Shown here piece by piece: positions 24,694-33,883 of a stretch of DNA of 34,635 nucleotides. The DNA is taken from contig JBKPAK010000017.1 in the NCBI GenBank assembly GCA_046726415.1, positions 1-34,635 of the forward strand, given 5' to 3'. The DNA comes from Candidatus Methylomirabilota bacterium (GTDB lineage: Bacteria; Methylomirabilota; Methylomirabilia; Rokubacteriales; CSP1-6). A program made the translations under genes and the position numbers. The notes under the pieces are model-generated. The model worked only from the letters and a program-made list of their open reading frames with translations. It was not told the origin of the DNA and did not search any database. Numbering within the stretch: position 1 is the stretch's first letter; each line of letters opens with the position of its first letter.

Positions 24694-25857
24694 ATGACCG
24701 ACCCGAGCGGGCGGACGGTCGTCGAGATCGGATACGGGGGCAACGAGCGCCTCATGATGAACATGGGGCCTCAGCATCCGTCTGCCCACGGCGTCTTCCG
24801 CGCCATTCTCACCCTCGAGGGCGAGACCGTGGTGGCGGTGGACGCCGTCATCGGCTACCTCCACCGCTGCCACGAGAAGCTCGGGGAGACCCTCACCTAC
24901 GTGCAATACCCGAGCATCGCCTCCAAGACGGACTACGTGGCGGCCATGACGGCGGAGCTGGCCTACGTCTCCGCCGTCGAGAAGGTCGGCGCCATCGAAG
25001 TGCCGAAGCGCGCGCAGTATCTCCGGGTGATCGCCGCCGAGCTGCAACGAATCGCCTCGCATTGTCTGTGGCTGGGCACATGGTGCATGGACATGGGGGG
25101 CGCCCTCGGCGGCGGCGCTACCATCTTCCTCTACTGCCTGCGCGAGCGGGAGGCCATTCTCGACCTGTTCGAGGCGCTCACCGGAGCTCGGCTCCTCTAT
25201 GGGTTTCACCAGATCGGCGGCGTGCGGTACGACGTCCCCCCGGCATGGGCCGACCGGGTGCGGGACACGCTGAAGCTCATCGAAGGGCGGGTCGACGAAT
25301 ACGAGGCGATGCTCGAGGGCAATGCCTTCTTCGAGGTGCGCACCAAAGGCGTGGGGGTGATCTCCCGTCAGCTCGCCCTCGAAGTCGGCATCGCGGGACC
25401 GCTCCTGCGCGGATCCGGAGTGGCCTTCGACGTCCGCCGGGCCGAGCCCTACTCGTCGTACCAGGACTTCGACTTCAAAATTCCCGTGCAAACAGCGGGA
25501 GACTGCCACGCGCGGTACCGGGTCCGGATGGTCGAATTCAGAGAGTCGATGGCCATCGTGCGCCAGGGGCTCGACGGGCTTCCGGAAGGGCCGATCTCGT
25601 CACGGCCCGGCGTGAAGTCTGTCGGCCAGGTGCGGGTCCCGAAGGGCGAGGGCTACGCGCGGGTGGAAGGCGCGCGGGGAGAGGTGGGCTGCTACCTCGT
25701 GGCTGACGGCGGTCCCAAGCCCTACCGGCTCAAGTGGCGCGGGGCATCGTTCTCGAACCTGTCGGTGCTCCCCCACATCATCCCCGGGCACAAGGTGGCC
25801 GACGTCGTGGCCATCATGGGATCTGTCGACCCCGTGTTCGGCGAAGTGGATCGGTGA
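24694..25857 (+). CDS. nuoD: complex I subunit D
   Basis: NMGPQHPSAHGVFR, GYLHR, ELQRIASH and GSVDPVFGEVDR. No Ni-binding CxxC pairs. Confidence 0.95.
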   Translation: MTDPSGRTVVEIGYGGNERLMMNMGPQHPSAHGVFRAILTLEGETVVAVDAVIGYLHRCHEKLGETLTYVQYPSIASKTDYVAAMTAELAYVSAVEKVGAIEVPKRAQYLRVIAAELQRIASHCLWLGTWCMDMGGALGGGATIFLYCLREREAILDLFEALTGARLLYGFHQIGGVRYDVPPAWADRVRDTLKLIEGRVDEYEAMLEGNAFFEVRTKGVGVISRQLALEVGIAGPLLRGSGVAFDVRRAEPYSSYQDFDFKIPVQTAGDCHARYRVRMVEFRESMAIVRQGLDGLPEGPISSRPGVKSVGQVRVPKGEGYARVEGARGEVGCYLVADGGPKPYRLKWRGASFSNLSVLPHIIPGHKVADVVAIMGSVDPVFGEVDR

Positions 25858-26840
25858 CCTTGCCCCCGCTGGCCATCTACACCATCGAGGCCTTCGTCCT
25901 GCTCAACGCCGTCATCCTCATGGTCACGTACGTGACCTTGCTGGAGCGGAAGTTTGCCGCGCGGATGCAGTCGCGCATCGGCCCCTACTACGTAGGGCCG
26001 CGAGGGCTCCTCCAGCCGATCGCCGACGCCCTCAAGCTCATGATGAAGGAGGACGTGGTGCCGACCGCGGCCGATCGCCCCGTGTATCACCTCGCCCCTC
26101 TCGTCTTCCTGGTGCCGTGCATCCTGATCTTTGCCACGATTCCCTTCGCCCCCGAGCTGGGGCTCGTCGATCTCAACATCGGCGTGCTGTTCTTCCTCGC
26201 CGTCTCCGCCCTGGAGATCGTCGGGTTGTTCATGGCAGGCTGGGGCTCGAACAACAAGTACGCCCTGCTCTCCGCCATGCGAGCGGTGAACCAGATCATT
26301 TCGTACGATCTGCCGTTCATCTTCGCCGCCCTCGTTCCCGTGGTCCTGGCCGGCTCCATGCAGCTCTCGGCCATCGTGGTGGCCCAGCAGGGACTGTGGT
26401 TCGCCGCCTATCCGGTGATCGGGCAGCTCGCCTTTGTCGCGTATCTGGTGGCCACCCTGGCCGCGGAGAACCGGGTTCCCTTCGACATCCTCGAGGCGGA
26501 GTCCGAGCTGGTGGCGGGGTTCCGCGTGGAGTACAGCGGGATGAAGTTCGCCCTCATCCAGCTCGGGGAGTATGCGCACATGATCGGCTCGTCGTTCCTG
26601 GGCGCCTTGCTCTTCCTGGGGGGCTGGTTGGGGCCGGGACCAGCGTGGCTGGGCCCGCTGTGGTTTCTCCTCAAGGCGCTGGTGATCTTCCTGCTCGTGA
26701 CGTGGGTCCGCTGGAGCTTCGTGCGCATTCGCGTCGACCAGATCCTGGCCATCTCCTGGAAGCTGCTGCTCCCAGCCACCCTGCTCATCCTGTTGGGGAC
26801 CGGCTTCTGGGTGGCTGTGCGAGGGACCGGTGGGGTCTAA
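25854..26840 (+). CDS. nuoH: complex I subunit H
   Basis: LERKFAARMQSRIGP, GLLQPIADALKLMMKE and NRVPFDILEAESELVAGF. GTGA overlap with nuoD. Confidence 0.95.
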   Translation: MTLPPLAIYTIEAFVLLNAVILMVTYVTLLERKFAARMQSRIGPYYVGPRGLLQPIADALKLMMKEDVVPTAADRPVYHLAPLVFLVPCILIFATIPFAPELGLVDLNIGVLFFLAVSALEIVGLFMAGWGSNNKYALLSAMRAVNQIISYDLPFIFAALVPVVLAGSMQLSAIVVAQQGLWFAAYPVIGQLAFVAYLVATLAAENRVPFDILEAESELVAGFRVEYSGMKFALIQLGEYAHMIGSSFLGALLFLGGWLGPGPAWLGPLWFLLKALVIFLLVTWVRWSFVRIRVDQILAISWKLLLPATLLILLGTGFWVAVRGTGGV

Positions 26841-27387
26841 CGGCAAGGGGTTCTGGGCGGAGACGGGACAACTGGTGGCCGCGGTGGGGCGGGCCATGGG
26901 AATCACCTTGCGAAACCTCCTGCGCAAGCCGGTGACCGTCCGCTACCCTGACGTGAAGCGAGAGTATCCCGACCGCTTCCGCGGAATTCTGGCCCTCACC
27001 TACGACCCGGAGACGGGCGAAGAGAACTGCATCGGCTGCCGGCTGTGCGAGTACATCTGTCCGCCCCAGGTCATCAAGGTCGAGATGCTGAAGGCGGAGA
27101 AGCGGAATTACGCCAAGACCTTCACCCTCGAGCTGTACGCGTGCGAGTTTTGCGAACTCTGCGTTCAGGTGTGCCCCACCGACGCCATCATCATGATGAA
27201 GTCGTTCGATCTCGCCACCAGCGACCGCCGCGATCTGCTGCTCGACAAGGACCGCCTGCACGCCCTGGGCCTTCAGTTTGAGCCCTCGTGGGCGACGGGC
27301 AACCGGCTTCGCGACATGCAGGCTCCGCCCAAGGCGGTCAAGGCTGGGGCCAAAGCGCAAGGAGAGGCGAAGGAGTCCGGCGAGTGA
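26830..27387 (+). CDS. nuoI: complex I subunit I (2x[4Fe-4S])
   Basis: VTVRYP, RFRG, CIGCRLCEYICP and CEFCELCVQVCPTDAI. Confidence 0.95.
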   Translation: MGSNGKGFWAETGQLVAAVGRAMGITLRNLLRKPVTVRYPDVKREYPDRFRGILALTYDPETGEENCIGCRLCEYICPPQVIKVEMLKAEKRNYAKTFTLELYACEFCELCVQVCPTDAIIMMKSFDLATSDRRDLLLDKDRLHALGLQFEPSWATGNRLRDMQAPPKAVKAGAKAQGEAKESGE

Positions 27388-27878
27388 CGGGCGAGGTCCT
27401 GGGGTTCTGGGGAGTAGCCGTCGTGCTGCTCGCCGCGAGCCTCGGCGTCGTCCTCACGCGCAATCTCTTCCACGCGGTGCTCTACCTGGCCGCGGCCCTG
27501 GTGGCCACGGCGGTGGTCTTCCTCCTCCTGGACTCGCCCTTCCTGTTCGCCGTCCAACTCTTGCTCTATGCCGGCGGTGTGGTCACCATCGTCGTCTTCG
27601 CGATCATGCTGACGGAGCGGCTGGTGGGGGAGACGCTGGCCCAGACGAACCGCTACGTCCTGAATGGCGCCATCGTCTCCACCGCCCTGTTCGTGGCGAT
27701 CGCAGGCTTCCTGTTCCAGACGCGCGCCGTGACCGCCCCGCCCGCCCCGGCGGGTGACGCCACGGCAGCCGTGGGCCGGGCTCTGCTCGGTCCCTTTGCC
27801 CTCTCGTTCGTCCTGCTCGCGGTCCTGCTGGTCGTCGCGCTCATCGGGGCCGTTTACTTCGCCCGCGCCGACGACTAG
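27384..27878 (+). CDS. nuoJ: complex I subunit J
   Basis: TRNLFHAVLYL and QLLLYAGGVVTIVVFAIML. GTGA overlap with nuoI. Confidence 0.93.
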   Translation: MTGEVLGFWGVAVVLLAASLGVVLTRNLFHAVLYLAAALVATAVVFLLLDSPFLFAVQLLLYAGGVVTIVVFAIMLTERLVGETLAQTNRYVLNGAIVSTALFVAIAGFLFQTRAVTAPPAPAGDATAAVGRALLGPFALSFVLLAVLLVVALIGAVYFARADD

Positions 27879-27881
27879 CCG

Positions 27882-28181
27882 ATGCCCCTGGAGGCGTATC
27901 TGACCCTCGCCGGACTCGTGTTCGCCATCGGCCTCTTCGGCGTGCTCACCCGGCGCAACGCCATCGGAATCCTGCTCGGCATCGAGCTGATGCTCAATGC
28001 GGTGAACATCAACCTCGTGGCCTTCAGCCGCTTCCGCGCAGATCTGACCGGCGTGATCTTCGCGCTGTTCACCATCGCGATCACCGTGGCCGAGATCGCC
28101 GTGGGGCTCGCCATCGTCATCATGATCTTCCGAGTGCGCCGGACGGTCGATGCCGACCACCTCGACCTCCTCCGCGGCTGA
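27882..28181 (+). CDS. nuoK: complex I subunit K
   Basis: RRNAIGILLGIELMLNAVNIN and AEIAVGLAI. Confidence 0.95.
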   Translation: MPLEAYLTLAGLVFAIGLFGVLTRRNAIGILLGIELMLNAVNINLVAFSRFRADLTGVIFALFTIAITVAEIAVGLAIVIMIFRVRRTVDADHLDLLRG

Positions 28182-28388
28182 CCGCACGCGTGAGACTCGC
28201 CGGCCCGCGCCACCTCCGGGCGGGTTCGAGCAGCGGCCATGCCGCCACCGACCAAGAGCCATCGCGGACGATGCCGTCGGGGAGGCTTCGAGCGGCGACC
28301 GTGCCGCCGCCCTCGAGGCTGAACCCCGGGCGCTCCCGTTGGGGGATGTCGGGGGGAGCGACCGCCGCTCCCCCGACATCAATAGCCA
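28182..28388. repeat. 207-bp non-coding insert with two related GC-rich units and a strong REP-like hairpin
   Basis: TTCGAGCAGCGGCCATGCCGCCACC is similar to TTCGAGCGGCGACCGTGCCGCCGCC. The hairpin GATGTCGGGGGGAGCG-ACCGC-CGCTCCCCCGACATC lies at 28345-28380. Confidence 0.65.
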
Positions 28389-30212
28389 ATGAAGATCTTG
28401 GTCTGGCTTCCACTCGCGGTTCTGGGGCTCCCGTTCGTCTCCTTCGCGCTCCTCGCCCTCCTGCCGCCCTTGCGGCGAACCGGCCGGCCGGCGGGAGTGG
28501 TGGGAATCGCCGCCATGGCCCTGGCCCTGGCCGGGGCCATCGCCATGTGGCGCGAGGGCTTCTACAGCACGGCGATGTGGAGCTGGCTGCCCGGCGAGGG
28601 TGGGCCCATGGCCACCGTGGGCATCATGGTCGACCCGCTGTCGCGGACGATGCTCGTCCTGGTGGCGCTGGTGTCGCTGCTGGTGCAGATCTACTCGCTG
28701 GCGTACCTCCATGACGAGCCGGGCCCCTCCCTGGGCCGCTACTACGCCTACCACTCGCTGTTCGCCTTCTCCATGATGGGCCTTGTCATCTCGCCGACCT
28801 TTCTCCAGATGTTCGTCTTCTGGGAACTGGTGGGGCTCTGCTCGTACCTGCTCATCGGCTACTGGTACGATCGACCGACCGCCGCGCAGGCCGCCGTCAA
28901 GGCCTTCTGGGTCACCAAGTTGGGCGACCTCGGCTTCATAATCGGCATCGTCATGCTCTGGGGCGCGACGGGGACGTTCGAGTTCCCCGCGCTGTTGCGC
29001 ATGGCCGAGGATCAGGCGCTTCCCCTCGAAGGGCTCGGGTTGATCATGTTCTTCATCTACCTGGGCGCGGTGGGCAAGTCGGCCCAGGTCCCGCTCCACA
29101 TTTGGCTGCCCGACGCCATGGAAGGGCCCACGCCGGTGTCGGCCCTCATCCACGCCGCCACCATGGTCACCGCCGGCGTGTTCATGGTGACGCGGGTCCA
29201 CGCGCTCTTCGCCCTCGTGCCCGATCTCCTCGCGCTCATCGCGTGGATCGGCGCCGTCACCGCCCTCATGGCTGCCACCATGGCCTGCGTGGAGAGCGAC
29301 ATCAAACGCGTGCTGGCGTACTCGACGGTGTCGCAGCTCGGCTACATGATGGCCGCCGCGGGCGCGGAGGCGCCCGACGCGGGCTTCTTCCACCTGCTGA
29401 CCCACGGGGTGTTCAAAGCCCTGCTGTTCCTCGCCGCCGGGGCCCTCATTCACGCGGTGGGGACCAACGACATCTTTCGCATGGGTGGACTGCTGCGCGC
29501 GATGCCCCAGACCGGCATCGTCTTCATCGTCGGGACGCTCGCGCTCTCCGGTGTGCCACCTCTGTCGGGTTTCTTCTCGAAGGAGGCCATTCTCGGGGGC
29601 GTGTGGGAGAAGCATCCGGGGATTCCCTTCGCCATGCTGGCCCTCACGGCGTTCCTCACCGCCTTCTACATGTTCCGGGTGATCTTCGTGACCTTCTTCG
29701 GGCGCGGTCACCCGGCCGGCCATCCCCACGATCCGCCCGCGCTGATGAGCGTGCCGCTCTGGATCCTCTTCATCCTCACCGTGGCCACCGGCCTGCAGCT
29801 CCTGGTGACGCCCAGTGACGACGCGCACGGACCGGGATGGCTGATGCCATTGTCCATTGCCCTGGCGCTCGGCGGCATTGCGCTGGCCTGGCTGATCTAT
29901 CAGCGCGGCGCGATCGACCCGGCCCGGATGGCTCGGGCGCTCGCCCCGCTCGACTACATGGCGCGCCACCGGTACGGACTGGATGCGCTGGCCGTGGGCC
30001 TCTATCGGGCGTGCCTCCTCGGCTTTTCGCGGCTGATCGGTTGGATCGATCGCTACGTCGTCGATGGCCTCCTCAACGCGACGAGCGCGTGGTGCCTGCG
30101 GGCGGGTGACCGGCTGCGCCGGATCCAGACCGGGCAGCCGCAGGACTATGTGTACGGCGTGGCCTTCGGCGTTCTCCTGGTCATCGTGTGGGCACAGTGG
30201 TGGCGGCGATGA
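28389..30212 (+). CDS. nuoL: complex I subunit L
   Basis: FWELVGLCSYLLIGYW, GKSAQVPLHIWLPDAMEGPTPVSALIHAATMV and HLLTHGVFKALLF. Confidence 0.96.
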   Translation: MKILVWLPLAVLGLPFVSFALLALLPPLRRTGRPAGVVGIAAMALALAGAIAMWREGFYSTAMWSWLPGEGGPMATVGIMVDPLSRTMLVLVALVSLLVQIYSLAYLHDEPGPSLGRYYAYHSLFAFSMMGLVISPTFLQMFVFWELVGLCSYLLIGYWYDRPTAAQAAVKAFWVTKLGDLGFIIGIVMLWGATGTFEFPALLRMAEDQALPLEGLGLIMFFIYLGAVGKSAQVPLHIWLPDAMEGPTPVSALIHAATMVTAGVFMVTRVHALFALVPDLLALIAWIGAVTALMAATMACVESDIKRVLAYSTVSQLGYMMAAAGAEAPDAGFFHLLTHGVFKALLFLAAGALIHAVGTNDIFRMGGLLRAMPQTGIVFIVGTLALSGVPPLSGFFSKEAILGGVWEKHPGIPFAMLALTAFLTAFYMFRVIFVTFFGRGHPAGHPHDPPALMSVPLWILFILTVATGLQLLVTPSDDAHGPGWLMPLSIALALGGIALAWLIYQRGAIDPARMARALAPLDYMARHRYGLDALAVGLYRACLLGFSRLIGWIDRYVVDGLLNATSAWCLRAGDRLRRIQTGQPQDYVYGVAFGVLLVIVWAQWWRR

Positions 30213-31738
30213 CGGCGCTGCCCCTACTGTCCGCCATCACCTGGGCGCCATTTGTGGGCGCGCTCCTCATCATGTTCACCGCGCGTCACCGTCCGCTGGC
30301 CGTCCGACTCATCGCGGCCGTCACCACGGGAATCTCGGCGGTCCTCTCGATCTGGATCTACGCCGCCTACGACCGGGAAGTGGCGGGCTTTCAGTTCTAC
30401 GAGAAGCTCGCTCTGGTGCCGCCCCTCGGCATCAACTACGAGCTGGCGGTGGACGGGATCAGCCTGCTGATGGTCCTCCTCACCTCCATCATCATCTTCG
30501 CCGGGGTTTTTGCGTCGTGGACCGTGGCCGTGCGGAGCCAGGAGTTCTACGCCCTCCTATTGGCTCTGGTCACCGGCGTCTACGGCGTCTTCGTCTCCCT
30601 CGACCTCTTCATCTTGTTCCTTTTCTACGAGCTGGCGGTGTTGCCGATGTACCTGCTCATCGCCATCTGGGGCTCCACGGGAGAGGTGCGACCGCGGGGG
30701 ATCTTCGCCTGGGCCTATCGCGAGACCGGCGTGGGAACCAAGGAGTACGCGGCCATGAAGCTCACGCTGTATCTGCTGCTGGGCTCCGCGTTCATCCTGG
30801 TCGGCATCTTCGCCCTGTACGTCAGCGCCGGGGTGTCGTCCTTTTCGTTCCTGGAGATGGAAACCATCGCGTTCCCGCTGGCCCTGCAGCGATGGGTATT
30901 CTTCGCCTTCTACCTCGGCTTCGGCGTGCTGGCCGGCATCTGGCCCCTGCACACGTGGTCGCCCGACGGCCACGCCTCTGCCCCCACCGCGGTGTCGATG
31001 CTGCACGCCGGCGTGCTCATGAAGCTCGGCGCGTACGGCGTGGTCCGGGTGGGTATGGGGCTGCTGCCCGACGGCGCGGTCGATCTCGCGTGGCTGGTGG
31101 GGGGGATCGCCTGCATCAATGTCGTGTACGGTGCCCTGTCCGCCATGGCCCAGGGCGATCTCAAGTACGTCATCGCGTACTCGTCGGTCTCGCACATGGG
31201 GCTCGTCATGCTTGGGGCCGCCACCCTCACCGAGGCCGGGCTGAATGGCTCCGTCTTCCAGATGTTCGCCCACGGCGTCATGACCGGTCTCTTCTTCGCC
31301 TTGGTCGGGCTGGTATACGAGAAGGCTCACTCGCGCGAGATCGCCAAGATGGGGGGCTTCGGCCGCGTGATGCCGGGTATCGCGACGGCATTCACCCTCG
31401 GCGGATTGTCTTCGCTGGGCCTCCCGGCGACTTCGGGATTCGTGGCGGAGGTGCTGACGTTCATGGGAGCGTGGCGCTCGTCCGCTCCGTGGTGGCTCTT
31501 CCCGGCGGTGGCCGGCACGTTCCTGACGGCGGTCTACGTCCTCCGCGTGACCAAACAGATCTTCTGGGGCCCCCCGTCGCCACACTTCCACCACCTCGAG
31601 GACGCGCGCGGACCCGAATGGGTGGCCATCTGCCTCCTGGTGGCGGTCATCGTGATCTTCGGCATGGTTCCCGGCATCGCGCTGGGGCCGGTGGACACGG
31701 CCACCGTCCCCCTCCTCCTGAGGATGATCGGCCCCTGA
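30209..31738 (+). CDS. nuoM: complex I subunit M
   Basis: VDGIS, FYELAVLPMYLLI, WPLHTWSPDGHASAPTAVSMLHAGVLMKLGAYG and IAYSSVSHMG. ATGA overlap with nuoL. Confidence 0.95.
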   Translation: MTALPLLSAITWAPFVGALLIMFTARHRPLAVRLIAAVTTGISAVLSIWIYAAYDREVAGFQFYEKLALVPPLGINYELAVDGISLLMVLLTSIIIFAGVFASWTVAVRSQEFYALLLALVTGVYGVFVSLDLFILFLFYELAVLPMYLLIAIWGSTGEVRPRGIFAWAYRETGVGTKEYAAMKLTLYLLLGSAFILVGIFALYVSAGVSSFSFLEMETIAFPLALQRWVFFAFYLGFGVLAGIWPLHTWSPDGHASAPTAVSMLHAGVLMKLGAYGVVRVGMGLLPDGAVDLAWLVGGIACINVVYGALSAMAQGDLKYVIAYSSVSHMGLVMLGAATLTEAGLNGSVFQMFAHGVMTGLFFALVGLVYEKAHSREIAKMGGFGRVMPGIATAFTLGGLSSLGLPATSGFVAEVLTFMGAWRSSAPWWLFPAVAGTFLTAVYVLRVTKQIFWGPPSPHFHHLEDARGPEWVAICLLVAVIVIFGMVPGIALGPVDTATVPLLLRMIGP

Positions 31739-33150
31739 TGAGCTCCCCCTTCGTCCTCGAGCACGGCCTCGGAATCGCGCTGCTCGTGGTCTTCGTCGCG
31801 GGGCTCTTCGCGCGTGGCGAGAATCGGCGATTCGTGGGATGGCTGGCGACGCTCGGCGTTTTCGCCCTGGCCGTGGCGTCGTTGCTCCTGGCGCCGCTGG
31901 AGGGTCCCGCCGGCGCCGTCTTCGTGCAGGATGGACTGGCCCTCTTCGCCAAGCGGTTGCTCCTGGGGGCGACCTTCATCGGTCTGCTGGGAGGCCTGTC
32001 GCTTCCCGGCGCCCCGTTTGTGCGCCGCTCACTCGAGTACCATATGCTGATCCTCACCTCGCTGTTGGGGATGCTCGTGCTGGCGTCCGCCCGCGACATC
32101 ATCCTGCTGTTCGTGGCCTTCGAGCTGATGTCCATCCCGCTCTACGTGCTCTCGGGCTTTGTGAAGCGCGACGGCGTGGCCGCAGAGTCGGCGTTGAAAT
32201 TCTTCCTGGTAGGCAGCGTGTCGTCGGCGGTGATGGCGTATGGACTCTCGTTCGTGTGGGGCGCGGCCGGCACGAGCCATCTCGACGGCGTGGCCAAGGC
32301 CTCCGCCTCCGGCGACCCTTTGCTCGCGCTCGGGCTTTTGACCGCATTTGCCGGCTTCGGGTTCAAGATCGCGGCCGTCCCTTTCCATATGTGGGTCCCC
32401 GACACCTACGAGTCGGCCAGCACCCCCTTCGTGGCGTGGCTCAGCGTGGCCCCGAAGGCCGCCGGCTTCGTGGCCATCCTGCGCGTGTACGTCGAAGGGG
32501 TCGGCGATGGGATCGGATGGCTCGTCCCGGTGGCCGCCGGCCTGGCTGCCATCACCATCGTCGCCGGCAACCTGATGGCCATTCCCCAGCAAAACGCCAA
32601 GCGGCTGCTGGCGTATTCAGGGATCGCGCACATCGGCTACATGCTGATCGGCTTGGCCGCGGCCTCCGCCTCCGGGACGGCCATGGTGCTCTTCTATCTG
32701 GTGGCGTATGTCTTCGGGAACATGGGAGCTTTCCTGGTGGTCGAGGCGGTGAATCGCGCCGAAGGCTCGGAAAGCTTGTCGGCGTTCTCGGGTTTGGCCC
32801 AACGCTCGCCGGTCCTCGCCCTCTGCATGCTCCTCTTCCTGCTGTCGCTCGGAGGGATTCCCTTCGTGGCAGGGTTCTGGGCAAAGCTGTACGTCTTCTG
32901 GGCAGCGGCCGAGCAGGGACTCTACTGGCTCGTGCTGCTCGGCGCGGTTCTCACCGTCGTTGCCCTCTTCTACTACCTCGTGGTGGCCAAGCGCATGTAC
33001 GTGGAGCCTCCTCTGCGGACGGAACGCGTGCCGCTGGCCCCGACGCTCGCGCTGGCCCTGGCCCTCTGCGTCACCGGGATCGTCGCGATTGGCGTGTATC
33101 CGAAGCCACTGGTGATGGCCGTCCTCCGCGTAGCGAGCCCGCTCTTCTGA
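31738..33150 (+). CDS. nuoN: complex I subunit N
   Basis: AFELMSIPLY, ESALKFFL, FKIAAVPFHMWVPDTY, KRLLAYSGIAH and SLGGIP..GFWAK. TGATG overlap with nuoM. Confidence 0.95.
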   Translation: MSSPFVLEHGLGIALLVVFVAGLFARGENRRFVGWLATLGVFALAVASLLLAPLEGPAGAVFVQDGLALFAKRLLLGATFIGLLGGLSLPGAPFVRRSLEYHMLILTSLLGMLVLASARDIILLFVAFELMSIPLYVLSGFVKRDGVAAESALKFFLVGSVSSAVMAYGLSFVWGAAGTSHLDGVAKASASGDPLLALGLLTAFAGFGFKIAAVPFHMWVPDTYESASTPFVAWLSVAPKAAGFVAILRVYVEGVGDGIGWLVPVAAGLAAITIVAGNLMAIPQQNAKRLLAYSGIAHIGYMLIGLAAASASGTAMVLFYLVAYVFGNMGAFLVVEAVNRAEGSESLSAFSGLAQRSPVLALCMLLFLLSLGGIPFVAGFWAKLYVFWAAAEQGLYWLVLLGAVLTVVALFYYLVVAKRMYVEPPLRTERVPLAPTLALALALCVTGIVAIGVYPKPLVMAVLRVASPLF

Positions 33151-33200
33151 AGCTGGCCCTTCCAGAACTCGCGGGAAATATGGGGATCGCTAGCACCAGC

Positions 33201-33248
33201 TTGACGCAATGCGCTGTTCGAACTAGCCTGTACCAACTGGTCGGTACA
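33201..33248 (+). promoter_or_regulatory. sigma70 promoter plus palindromic TetR-type operator
   Basis: TTGACG-N17-TAGCCT (33201-33229) followed by TGTACCAACTGGTCGGTACA (33229-33248; 16 of 20 palindromic), which covers the expected +1. Confidence 0.8.
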
Positions 33249-33250
33249 CG

Positions 33251-33883
33251 ATGATTGCCAAGAGTCCCCAACCACTGCGACCGCGTGACGGCCGGAACGC
33301 CCGGGAAGCGATTTTGGTTGCGGCAACCCGCCTCATGGGGATCCACGGCTACCGAAACACCTCGATCGATGACGTGCTGCGGGAGAGCGGGGTTGGCAAA
33401 GGCAACTTCTACTACCACTTTCGGAGCAAGGAAGAGCTGGGCTACGCGATTCTCGATCAGCTCATCGAGGCCTTCCTCGATCGCACGCTGCGGCCTTGCT
33501 TCTCCGACGCCGACGTGCCCCCGCTCGGCCAAATCCGATGCTTTCTCGACCGGGTCCGCGAGCTTCAGCGGGAGCACAACTGCGTGGGTGGGTGCCCTCT
33601 GGGAAACCTGGCCGCTGAACTGTCTGACCTCCACGAGGGATTCAGAGGCTTACTCAACGGGGTCTTTTCGGCGTGGCGCCAGCGGCTCACGGAGGCCCTT
33701 CGGGATGCCCAAGGGCGGGGAGACGTGCACGCCGACTGCCGGCCGGAAGCTGTCGCGCATTTTCTGGTGGCCTCCCTCGAGGGCGCCATGCTGATGACGA
33801 AGCTCACGAAAGACATCGGCGTCATGGAGCAGTGCGTCCACGAGATGAAGCGCTACCTCGCTCTATACGAGATCGCGCCATGA
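33251..33883 (+). CDS. TetR/AcrR-family regulator (NemR/LmrA-like, six Cys)
   Basis: HTH GYRNTSIDDVLRESGVGKGNFYYHFRSKEEL and the C-terminal GGCPLGNLAAE motif. Confidence 0.93.
   Translation: MIAKSPQPLRPRDGRNAREAILVAATRLMGIHGYRNTSIDDVLRESGVGKGNFYYHFRSKEELGYAILDQLIEAFLDRTLRPCFSDADVPPLGQIRCFLDRVRELQREHNCVGGCPLGNLAAELSDLHEGFRGLLNGVFSAWRQRLTEALRDAQGRGDVHADCRPEAVAHFLVASLEGAMLMTKLTKDIGVMEQCVHEMKRYLALYEIAP

Noticed and set aside
24694-25857. Group 4 [NiFe]-hydrogenase large subunit
   Set aside because: It lacks the N- and C-terminal CxxC Ni ligands and has the complex I quinone-site HPSAHG and the GEVDR terminus.
30064-31737. N-terminal 558-aa extension of NuoN (1028-aa ORF)
   Set aside because: It is an off-frame read through nuoL/nuoM and is Arg/Gly/Pro-rich. 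The real NuoN begins at ATG 31738, overlapping the nuoM stop.
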